The notes beneath the pieces were generated by a model. That model was given only the letters and a program-made list of their open reading frames with translations, had not been told where the DNA came from and made no database searches. Shown piece by piece: positions 12,201-25,400 of a stretch of DNA of 64,000 nucleotides. The stretch spans positions 12,276,001-12,340,000 of the forward strand of contig OZ193909.1 of NCBI GenBank assembly GCA_964276515.1. The letters run 5' to 3'. The DNA is from Gordius albopunctatus (taxonomy: Eukaryota). Numbering within the stretch: position 1 is the first letter of the stretch; each line of letters opens with the position of its first letter. The translations under genes were made by a program, and so were the position numbers.

Positions 12201-12790
12201 CCAACCAAAACAAATTCTTTAGGTCTACGCCTATATATTAAGAATCAATTTACTTTGAAATAAATTTTGTTTGTTGTGAAGCACGGTTCGAAAAAAACGA
12301 AAAATCTTCCGATAGCCCTACTCATTCCCCATCAAACAAATGGTTCCGAAGCTGAACACTGCACCATTATTGGTGTACCGCCGATCTCGATCATAGAAAC
12401 TTCGTCTAAAAAGTATGGCATAATTATTAATAAAATCTTTATTAAAATCACGCAAGTCGGAGTGTGCATTATATATGAGCTGTGGGTGATAAATATAAAC
12501 TTTATTATTACTAGACGTTTATATATGTGTGTATGCGTGTACATAGAGTTGATGGGTGTAAATATTCTGAATAGAGTATATTATGATAAATTATTATTTT
12601 GAAGCGTAAAAAATATTGGTAATGCGTGTGGTATTCGTTATTTTTCAGCTTCTTGGGCAAGGCATTCGAACAAGCTGCACACAACACAAACGTTAACATA
12701 ATGGTTAGATACTTTGACCCTACCCTCATAGTTATCAAAAACAAGGATAAAAGCAAGTTTTTCGATGCCTTGGTAGCTATGTTGGACTAA
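6280..12790 (+). CDS. CDC45: Cell division control protein 45 (CMG helicase subunit), 13 exons
   Basis: Exons: 6280-6330, 6369-6428, 6499-6683, 6821-6935, 8633-8812, 9290-9462, 9833-10012, 10228-10326, 10766-10871, 11303-11533, 11926-12009, 12282-12412, 12649-12790. All introns are GT-AG and phase-consistent. Motifs: LVSTDVDAICTTKIL, FVLINCGAN, IDNHRPIDVYN, LWCAIVGLT, MYRHWTLFDSL, IWSAQGRKRLNEFLADIGIPL, NFLGKAFEQAA, KFFDALVAMLD*. Confidence 0.95.
10894..11047. mobile_element. CATGGGCGTAGCC-family hAT-type MITE in CDC45 intron 9
   Basis: Ends AATGAGCGTAGCC and GGCTACACCCATG, with a perfect 8-bp TSD ATAAGAAC (10886-10893 and 11048-11055). Confidence 0.85.
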
Positions 12791-13056
12791 ATGTCATACA
12801 ACCTTCCCCCTTTTTGCAACTTTTTTGTTATAGTACAGGTTTGTTATGTATGAGTTTGACATCTCGTGCACCGAACTCGTAATGTGAGGTAGGATGCCGC
12901 CTGCGTGCGAATCAATGCCGTTTACGACTAATATATTTATAACGCCTTTGTATCATTTTAATAAATCGTGTGAAATTAGAGCTAAAGATTGACAGTATTG
13001 CAAGTAGTAAACGCATCATTAATGAGTTAGACAATTAACTATAGGAAGGAGCGCCT

Positions 13057-14745
<1,689 letters not shown>

Positions 14746-15675
14746 AATTCAGACAAAACATAACTATGTCATCTTAGAAATCGATTTTATAAACTAGGAC
14801 AGGTGCACAAAACAGCTGTTATTAAGGACTAATGGGACAACGCAAGTTTAGATAGTTTAACATGTTGAACTAGGGAACCATTAGATTCAATTACCTTAAA
14901 ATAATGAGCTTGAACATTCATTTCATGTCTTATATAGCTTTAAAAATGTTTTCTTAGAGTTACCGTTATTTTTAGTTTTTATTATCTGATACCATACAGG
15001 CTTTAATAACAATTTTGTTCCTCGGTCAGAATCGGGCCTTAAATTAAAAAAATTATTATTTTAGAGATATAACGTTCAAAAAATTACTATTTATTCTACC
15101 TATTAAATAATTTTTGTACTAATTTTGATTATGGCATAATAAAGCTACTAGAAATTACTTTGTACCTTATTAAACACAAATATTCAAGTTTTTTCCAAGA
15201 TATGGATATTAAGAAAGACAGAGCAGAAAACAAACCTCATTGGGCCTATCTCTTACGATAAATACTTTTAAGTAAAATTATTGAAACTTTTGTACTGAAT
15301 TCTTAGCGTTTTAGTTATCTACACTAAAATATTCAATATCTCTAAATTTTTTGTGACTTTATAAAACTTGGTGTGCATATTTTGCTAATAAAATATTTCA
15401 GATATATTTATGCTTTTATGGTACCCTTTTATGCAAATTACCTTATTTGAATACTATATGATACCTGTTGTCGACATATTCACCCCATCCAACTCCTCTC
15501 CCGACCTTATAGTCAGTGCACAGAATAGGAAGACAGTAAAATATTCTTCCTTCGCGGACACAATATTCATTCCCATAGTGGTAACCACAATTGTAAATTT
15601 AAACGCTCTTCTGGAACAAATTGGAAAAGCGATCTCCAGCGTCTCTTTAGATTTGAAAGAGTACCTTTCTATTCG

Positions 15676-16075
15676 TATTTCGATCTCGTCTCGGTCTTGA
15701 AAACAAAATCTCGTCTCGGCAGCGATTATGGAGATCTCGTCTCGGTCTAGAAAAATCTCGATCTCGTCTCGACGAGAATTCTCGTCTCGTCTTGACTTTT
15801 TAAAAAAAATATATACGGAATAAAAATTTTTCCTGTTTTATTAAAAATATTAAATAAGTTTTAAAAAATTAAAATGGCAAATTTTTATATTTTTTGATAA
15901 ACTTTAATACACAAACTTTTTAAATATTTAGCGGGACACGACATCTCATTGTCAATATAAAGATATGAATTCGTTCAAAAAATAACATTTACTATGGAAA
16001 GTGCAGACTAAAAAACTATAAATAAATTTGAAGTATAGAAAATTAAATTTTATTGTTCTAGCAAATTATAACGTT
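15676..16075. mobile_element. Left end of an hAT-type MITE with TCTCG subterminal repeats
   Basis: TTTCGATCTCGTCTCGGTCTTGAAAACAAAATCTCGTCTCG... is collinear with 59195-59560 over ~380 bp. Confidence 0.75.
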
Positions 16076-16464
16076 TGTATCAAATCACCATGTTTGTCAA
16101 CTATATAGACTTAGAAAATAATAATTTCGGTTATAGTTGACTTAGTTGCACAATTTAGCGAATTTATTCCTATTTTTCACTAAATATTAAAAAGGGTATT
16201 TTTGGCACCTTCAACCTCGTATATCTAAAAAACTAGTAATTGTAGAAAAAAACTAATAACAGATTATTTTTCAGCGCAAAATTCTATATCAGAATTATTG
16301 ATCATATTTTGGGATGTGTTTTTGTAGCCCTGTGTTATTACTTTTTTTATAGACAAGGTTGGTAATTTATAGTTTTTCACTAATTAAAAAAAATCGGATT
16401 TATTTTTCATGGCATATCTATATTATTTAAGTAAATCATGCTGCAAAAGCTGTCATATTGTAAT

Positions 16465-16620
16465 TAGTGATGATCAAAACCTAGGTCAGATTTTCCCGAG
16501 GTCCAACCTCAGGTCGGTTTTAGGTAACCTGAGGTTGATCCCGAAAATCAACCTGAAAAACATTCAGGTCAATTTTATCGCCAACCTGAAACCCAGGTTG
16601 ACCTCAGGTTAACCTGATAA
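16465..16620. repeat. Cluster of AACCT(G/C)A/AGGT subterminal-type repeats, likely a DNA transposon end
   Basis: TAGTGATGATCAAAACC is followed by many AACCTGA / TCAGGT motifs in both orientations. No matching second end was found. Confidence 0.45.
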
Positions 16621-19285
16621 AAATCTCTTGTTTTATCCGATAAATTTAAGAATAAATTTTTATTTTACTTTAACTATTTTCCTTTTTCAAGATGCATCAA
16701 ACTTTTTAAATATTTACAATTTTAAATGAAGAAAAAATAGTTTTTGGTTATTATTTTTGAAAAAAAAATAAGATTTTTTTTATATAAAAATTTAATTAAT
16801 TGTTAAACATGTATATTACTCGATGACGCCATCTATATGTTTATAAATTTTAATCACAAAGATTGGGCACATAGGAATAATATGGGTTTAAAACATAAAC
16901 AAATTAATGTTCGATTTCGATTTTGCAAGGAAAAGTGTTTTAAGTTTAAAGTCTCACCTACAATATTGTTCTCGTAATAATTCATTTGTATCTTTAATAA
17001 TTTTAAAATTTTAACTTTTTAGGTAGAATTTTAAAGGCCAACACATATATGCGAATATATAATAATGAAACAATAATTAAAATTGGGCTAGGTAAGAACT
17101 TCTGAGTCGGGAGGGTTGATAAATCAGAAAGCACATTCAAAATTAATATTTGTCTCTTAAAGAGTTTGGCCTAAAAATCGATTGTCCATACAAATATCAT
17201 AGAAATATTTCTGGGCGGGCTAAGGCCCGGAACTCATAAAGCAGTTTTAAATAATTCGAATGGCGAATTTATTTAGTATTGCATTAAGATCTAGGATTTC
17301 CAGTTATAAGAAAATATAAATTACATGTTTTAAAATTAAAAAAAAAGTTTTTTTCATAAATTTTTATTAATTTTGTCAAGTTTAGACAAAAAGTTTGGCT
17401 CCTGTTTATAAAAATCTCTGCAGCCAGTGCACATGTTTTATAAAACTTTCATATTTAAGGATCAATGGTGCAATACTTTTTAGTATAAAACAATTTTAAG
17501 TTGATGATGCAAATTGACAAATTTATGATTGTGAGTTTAAAACAAGATTTCATCGCCCAAAAGTCTTGCCCGCATCTTTTTGTAAAAAAATTACTATCAT
17601 TTACGGGTTGTTTTAAACTATTAATTGCAAGAATGTTGATATAGTCTACGATGGTTCGGCTTATGAAATGACCAAAAAAATATAACAAACCAATTCTTAT
17701 AAAATAAATTCAGAGATACAATTGATCGGTTTGTGCAAGCAAGAAAATGAAAAATTGATGGGAAAAGGGTAAGTGTAAAAATTTGAAAAGCCGTTCGAGA
17801 AGTAACCCTTATGACGTTATAACCTTTATGCGTATAAAAATCAAATAATCATTCAAAATTCGAATGACTAATAAATTTTGGATTCGTATGGTTGTGAGAG
17901 CTGATGTAGCGTTACAAGAATGAATGATCTAATGATGCCTATAATTTTTATGGAGGCGACTAGATATTAGCCCAGACAATCCTGAGGCTAAAAAATAAAG
18001 AGATAGAATATTTGCCCGGAATGACAGAGGGCGATAAAACAACGTCCTATTTATGGACATCATCAGATAATTTATATAATTACAAAATAAACTTGGTTGA
18101 ACCATTATATTGGGATTGACGCTCTCTAGGTAGGGCAATATGATTCTGTAAAGGTACTACAGCAATGTTCAATCATTTAATACAAAATCAAAGCTCATTT
18201 AACTCTTTTATTTCTATTCATTTCTTACCACCGAATTTGAATTTATATGGGCATTAGAAATTTTATTTGCAAATCATGTAGGTTATAATTTAAAAGAAGT
18301 AGTATGATGAAGGAAAATCGGTTAAATGGTTGTGTTTAATGAGTGTTCCAGGAAAGTTTGTGAAGAAAAAAATAGGCTATATATAGAGTCTGAATTTCGC
18401 CGAAAATTCTAGAATTATTAATTATGATATAACTTTTAATTTGATTTTTATAATTTAAAATGGGCTCGAAATTTTAAATGAAAAAATTAATAGCCCCATC
18501 CGGGTCCCAAATTTTTACTTTGAATATAGGGCCCGGCTCGCAATTTTAATCATTATAAAAATCTAAAAGTAATCCTAATAAAACATATTTCCCTTAAAGT
18601 TTCTTAATGAATCATTTCACGCATAAAATAAAATTATAAATGATCTATTAAGTATTACGTATTATCTTCAACTGAATAAGTTGCCAATATCACCAATTAA
18701 TTTTTGACATATAATATGCCTCATCTTCAAAACCAAAATGTAACTTTTCGGATTTTTTCTATTTCAATCTGGGTTACAATTTAATGCCTTTAAATCCGGA
18801 CATAAGAATTTTGATATTGTATGATATATGTCTAAAATAAATGTCGATCTTAAAAAATTTTTACATATAGAAGCGAGGCTAATTCCTTATTTTTAGTATT
18901 ATAAATCACTTAATGTTGTTCTAATTTATAATGATATAAGACGACCAAACACAAAATAGGTTTTAAATCTGCTTCTAGTTAAAAGTTAAATAAAGAAGCC
19001 CTAATAATTTGTCGATTTCATTGTCTTTTAAAATAAGTTCCGAGTTTTGAAGTACTCTTTTTATTACACTAATAACATTTATGAATGTTTATTTTATTCC
19101 ATATTGGTTCAAAACACGATGAATAGACTGGCATAGTATATTAACTAACCTAATCTATGTATAATTCCTTTTAAATCCTATTAGCTATATGAAGTAGGTT
19201 TCTTTTTTTGACTTATTTAACACAAAATTGATGGTAGATGAAAAATAGTGCGGAAAGAATGAATGTTTATCATTCTTATCTAAAA

Positions 19286-22081
19286 CTAGCTGTGCCCGGC
19301 CAAGCGTTGCTTTGGCTTAGTTTTTATTTAGCTAAATAAAATTAGTGCGTATTAATAGGAAATATATATGAAAGAATTTGGGTCATCTGTAAGAGAGTTT
19401 ATGATGTAAAAAATATTTTTTTATAATATTCAAATACATATTATTTAACTTAATAGGAAAAGACATATTTTTTAATAATTAAATAGATTTATAACAGTTT
19501 AAATATTTATTAAGTAGCGATGTTTAGCGAAAATATGCATAATTGTCTGACAAAAATGTATAAGTTATAAACCACAGGTGTATAAAAGTCAATGATAATG
19601 GTCTACAACGCAGAGAAAAATTTTAGTGGAGCGTGTATAATGATGTATTGTCATAGCCTAAAATCTATAGTAATAAAATGATCATATTATTAAAAAAACA
19701 CCTTCAAATTTGGTTAAATGAACTGAAAATAATACAAATTTTTTGCAAGTATAATGAAAGCAAAAAATTATCTATGAGAAAAAAAATTAACAGCAAGCAA
19801 AATCCGATCGTAAGTGGCTTTTTGTTGCAACGTTAGCTTTAGAAACATTTGATCACGCATAGGGCAAAAGATTATCCTAGTTCTACTTTTGTTCACGATG
19901 TAAGTTTACATCGAATGGAGCAGCATCAGATCGATTTGTTGCAGGCCTAGCCAATTCACTCAAAACTTTGTTTCCGATTTTTAAGCCTATATCTTCAGTA
20001 ATAAGTAAGGTTTTCTTCGGTGTTGTAGCATTTGATCCATGTTAATATTAGGATTTGCATGACCATTCCGATGAATGATATCTTCTGCCATGTCTGCTTT
20101 ATATTTATTCCACAAATTGGTAGGATATGACTGAGAGCAGGAGTTCAATATAATTGCAAACGATGCACGAATTTGTTTTGGATGTGAAGTATGGCACGCG
20201 TCACTAACTCATTCATACCATTGATTATCTTGATCTAATAGAATAATGGCTAGGCATGCACTGCGGAAAGTGGAATGTGCAACGTGACCACTTTTAACTG
20301 CTGGAAACACGTTGGAACGCGAACGTGATTTTAATCATGCATGATAATAAAGAAACATTCATATAGACTGAGATAAATAGTGTATTTTATAGTCGTGCTA
20401 TCGTATTATCTTTGAATATGTCAGGCCACTACTCGCTTTCCGTGTTTGCGACGTTCAAAGGATCTGCTGCGCGATTTCCAGTGTAATACGTAAATACTTC
20501 GTAATATAGCAGCGTTTGCACAAAATCATCATCCTGGCAGCTTGAAGAACGCTGTTAACGTTGTATCTGGGGGATTTAAGGCCATATTGGTGACATTTGC
20601 ATTTGTGAAATAAACCCGTTGCCCATTTTCTACATGTACAATTACGTGAATTCTAGCAGGACCGCGTTCATGTATAGGCATGGGCGTACCCAGGTTTTGA
20701 ATTAGGGGGGGGGGGGGCAAAACGTTTAAAAGTTCATTTAGAGGGGGGAAAAACATAAATTATAAATTAGGGGGGGGGCGCAGCCGCCCCCTCCCCCTGC
20801 GTACGGCCATGTGTATAGGTTAGGATATAATACGCCATCCATATAGCTTTATTGCTGCTTATATATCTTCCAGTCTGATATTAAGCGATTTCATCGATAT
20901 GAAGGCTCGCTCTATTCGCAGTGCTATCTGGTTGAACGGTAAAAATGGTCATACCACTAACTTTGTTAACGTGATAAAAATTTATTTGATAGATTTAACG
21001 GAGTTACAATATTTAACATTGATGTCTGCTTTGCATAATTTTGATAGCAAATAACAATATGGAACAGCCCAGCGGTTATAACTTCGACGATTGAGTTCCG
21101 AAGTTGTATGGTTACCACGTTCCCACCATCTTTGTAACAAAGGATAAGCATCATTGATCGTAATTGTGTTGCATACCAAGCCTAGGATATCGCTTTGAGC
21201 ATTTACCGTCTATCATGCATAGTGATTTGTGATTGAGTGTTCCCCATTTCCTAGCAATTTCGTACAAATCCTTATCTAGTTTAGGATCAGGTATTTCAGC
21301 ACATATTTCACCGTCGATTTCGTGAGGTGATGTTGTTATATGCCCATATGAGTGTATGAGGATGCAGTAAACCTCTCTTTGTCATTCCACAAAGTGCATC
21401 CAGCAACGCACAGGGCTAAATACCTCATGCTTAACAATGAGATTAATCATTAATTTAAGTTTCTGTCGGAAAACACATGCTATGATGTCGTGCCTATGGA
21501 CTGGTGATTGACCATGAAATTAGTGCTCCTGTTTATCGTGCCAAGCACGAATGCATGTGAATGTAATGAATAGGTCTGCTGGACGACCGTAGTTAGGAAC
21601 ATTCGCAATTGAATTTTGGGCGGTCCCAGTGTATGAAGACGGCAAAATGGTTAGTTTACTAACGTTAATTGTATTAGCTTCGTTAAGAACTGCATCTCGC
21701 AATTGAACAAATTCTTCTAAGCGAAGTTTGGTCTGATGTAGAACAGACGTTCCGATTCAAGTTTGGCATACATATTACGATATAATTGACGGCATATCAA
21801 ATTTGATTTTCTTCGTGTTCTCGAAGCATTATTCTGCATGAATAATAATTTATAGCACTGCATTTTATGTTTGTCGGTTAACGAATGTCTGCTTTTATCA
21901 TCTTAACATTAAAGTGATGTTTTTGTACGTGTAATATTAACAACCGAACTTCTCAAAAATACGAAAAAATAACGAAACATGGAAACGTTTGATAAAGCAC
22001 GCTTTATTTTTATTTAAGAAAATTGTGATGTTTTCGGGTATTGAGCCTATTTATTTGTCACAGTCTTATATATAGTATAAA
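19286..22081 (-). mobile_element. Decayed, internally deleted Helitron (RepHel remnants)
   Basis: Minus-strand peptides ILPSSYTG, NYGRPADLFITFTC, VKHEVFSPVRCWMHFVE and PIHERGPARIHVIVHVENGQRVYFT..PPDTTLTAFFKL match Helitron Rep-region motifs. The 3' end is canonical: hairpin at 19299-19316, then CTAG (19286-19289) followed by T. A 5'-end-like TTATACTATATATAAGACTG lies near 22080. Confidence 0.88.
20679..20811. mobile_element. CATGGGCGTA-family MITE inserted into the Helitron coding region
   Basis: Ends CATGGGCGTAC and GTACGGCCATG, with a perfect 8-bp TSD TGTATAGG (20671-20678 and 20812-20819). Confidence 0.9.
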
Positions 22082-22474
22082 ACTGGCGTAGTTGAGTAAA
22101 AAATTGAGACAAAAAAGACATTTTATCTAAAATATATAATACGATATATTGTTTTAAACAAAATTAAAGACTCTTAATTAATTTGGGGCGTACCTATCCT
22201 ATAAAAGCTTGGGCTCGGCCTGAAATTTTTGGGTCGCGCCTCGGGCTCCCCCTGCAGGTCTTAACTCCCCCCCCCCCGTTTCTAATAATAATTCTGGCTA
22301 CGCCCATGGCTATTGCATGTTGTTTTTGTATTATGTCTATGATTATAGATTAAAATTATTATAAGTCTAGGACGAGTTACAAGACGCTGTTCATAAGTAC
22401 CGTGGCGAGTGATTACTATTTTTAAAAATTGTAATTATGCCCTCGTTACGATTAGAAACGACGTCTCAAACATT

Positions 22475-25400
22475 ATGAACACATTTCTTGGAGTTACCAT
22501 AATTTTTTGGTTTATCTTGAATCTTTTTAATTATTTAATGAACGTAAGTTGATTTGTATCGAACCTAGTATGTTTTAAATCAATTGATTTTTGTAAAAAT
22601 AAGTTCAAATTTATTTGTGGTGATATGTTTTAAAGACACATGCTATTTTAATCATTCAAACAAATATTTCCTTAAATAATTCAAGTTTAGCCCTCTTGTT
22701 TTATATAGTTTTTTAATTTGAGAAGTGTTAAAATGATTTAAGTTTAGGCAAAATATGTCATTTATTAAATTTGTTATACAATAAGAAATTATCTTTTGTG
22801 TTAGTTTACTTTGATTGGAGCATTAAATATCTAAATTTGTATTATGAATTTATTGATATGGTTTATATACCTTAGATAATTGTTTTTGTGTTTCATTATA
22901 AATACATACACCCATTTAGGGCCCATTATAAATTCCTGTCTTATAACTGTAACCAAACAAAATAATGACTAAACATATCATGTATAAATAACAATACTCA
23001 TGCTCTATGTACATAATATTTTCCTCACTTTAGGTTATTTTCACCCCCTTTATTTAAAAATGGCAAATAAATCTTTGAAGATTTTTTTGCATTTTTGCAA
23101 ACACCAGCTATCATTTCTTTTGACTCAAAGAGACTCTTTAGTAAAAGGGAATAAATTGTTGAAAAATTTAAATTTACACCAATCATACTACTTTGCTGAA
23201 CGATCATTATTTTCAAGAGCACATAATTTATCCCCAAATGACAAAAAGTTTCAAGATAGATATATTGATTACAATGAAAATTCATTGTTTTATCAGCTTC
23301 TTAAAGAATCAAAGATGTACATTTGTGCTGAACAAATTTTTAAACTTAACAATAATTTTGAAAAACTAGTAGAAAATAGTCAAGATAGATTTATAATTTC
23401 TCTGGACAAAATGGCCCAAACCTTCCAGCACAAATTGGAGAAAAGTCAAGAAAATCTGGCTCCATTAATAGCTGAATCTATGAAATTTATTGCCTCTAGT
23501 CCTTCTAACCTCAATAATGAAACTATCTTGCTGTTAATGTATTGCTTATTACAAGCATCTCATAAAATTGACTATATTTCTCATTCCCCTCATATCATGA
23601 CTTTTACCGAGAGGGAATGTATAAGACGTTTACCTTACTTCAGTATAAGGGAAAAGATTTTAGCAGCCGATATACTTATTCAGAATAGTCATAAACCATC
23701 TCTGCGATATCTCGAATTGATGGTAAAATCTGAATTATTTGATGATCCCATTCATGCTACCATAAAAGGTCACGAATTCGCGCAAATCATGTATTACTTT
23801 AACATTGTCAGGTATATGGGCCCGCATTTGGCCGCAAAACTGACTCCCATTTTTAAAGAGTTGTTGCCCACTCTCACCACCCACCAATTGGTGTTGGTTT
23901 GCGCTGGATTTTTCAAAACAAATAACCCCATTCGAGATCAGGCCTTGTTGATCGAAATTTTAGAACGTTTGAACGAATCCCTGCCCACGTTATTACAGAG
24001 CCGTAACTTGCCCTATCTAAATATGCTCCTAAAAACCGCTCGTTCCGGCCTTACCCTCCAAAATTCCTCTCGTTTGGTCTGTCAAACTTTTCTCGAATCC
24101 CTAACTTCGCTCTGCTATACCCCTAGCCAGAGTGTGGACCTACCTCTCAACGTATTGGCTCAAGCCGCATGGCTAGCTACCAACATGCTTCTGGTCGACC
24201 CCAAATTTATTGGCCTCATCTTGGCTCGCTTGCAAACTGGTCCCTTGACGAGCGCACGTTTCAAGGATATAACCAAGTTGGTTTGGTGCCTAGCTTCCCT
24301 CAACCCACAACTTCCTAATTCAAAACCAAGTTGTTTCGTTGAATCTGCTCTGCGGGGAGATTTGGGTGAGGCGATAACTAACGAATTATGCTCTGCCAAT
24401 CGCGTGGCCGAACTCGATAGGTACCAAGATCATTTGTGCGTTCTCCTTTATTCTTTTTCCCTCTGCGGCTATTACCCCGAACGTTTGTTTACCCAATTTC
24501 ACCAATCTCTCCTCGCCGTCACCCCCGATAACTCTATTACTACCCCCTTCGTTACGGCCAGTCGTTCCAAGGTTGTTTTCGACTTGGACGACATGTGCTT
24601 GTCCCTTTACGCCTCTCTCCAAATCGAGCGGTCGTCATTTTACGCTAGCGTCAAACATCCTTCCTACTGCGATAGGTTATCCGCGCATCTCAACTCTCTA
24701 GTCGCCTCCTACCTTTCACAAGCGGCCTGTGATAAAGCTCGATCTAGTTTTGCCCCGAGCTCGCCCAGTGGAAGCGCCGATAGGGTTCAGAGCTCTAAAA
24801 ATCTTCACGAAGAGATGTACTTTCATTTAACGACTCAGTTCAGCGAAGTGCGGTGTTACAAACTGGGGATACTGCCACATTCACATACCGTGGATTTATA
24901 CGTAACCTTAGAAGGCGATGCCATGCCCCAGCCACTAAACGCTCAAAATATCCACGCTCACTTAGCTCGTCAGCCTCACGTCTTACTGCTCCCGACCCCT
25001 TATTTAGCCTACAATTCGGTCGGAGGCTTGACCGGGAGGTATAACACTAAAATCCGTCAGCTTAAGCTGTCAGGCTACAACGTTAGACTGATTCCTTGGT
25101 ACGAATGGCACAAGGCCCTCGCGCAAGGCACCACTACCCCTTACCTTTCCCAAATCATTCGCGATCATCTTTTATGGGATGACCGTTGATTTTGTCGTTT
25201 TATATCGTGCGCCTATGTGAAATTTTTAATGTTTGTATCGAAGAAAGAAATTTTCGGATTTGAGTTGTTACCATTCAAAATTCTTGTTTAATGTTGACAC
25301 GATTGCTTTTTAAATAACTTGATAAGGGAGTTTGCGGGCTACTATCTGATTTAAGCTCTCCGCATAATATGTATTTTTTGTTTATATACTAGTTTTGCTT

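Noticed and set aside
15410..18138. ORFs 15410..15700, 17455..17688 and 17929..18138 as genes
   Set aside because: No recognisable motifs or consistent exon chain; they lie among repeat fragments.
23000..23059. ORF-track start at ATG 23000 for the FASTK protein
   Set aside because: The first codons overlap a strong acceptor ending at 23033, so ATG 23060 in AAAAATGG context is more likely.
24160..24622. Antisense or alternate-frame ORFs over real exons (also 8416..8736, 9753..9953, 11280..11543, 26812..27241, 27937..28197)
   Set aside because: They are shadows of GC-richer coding sequence with no independent splice or motif support.
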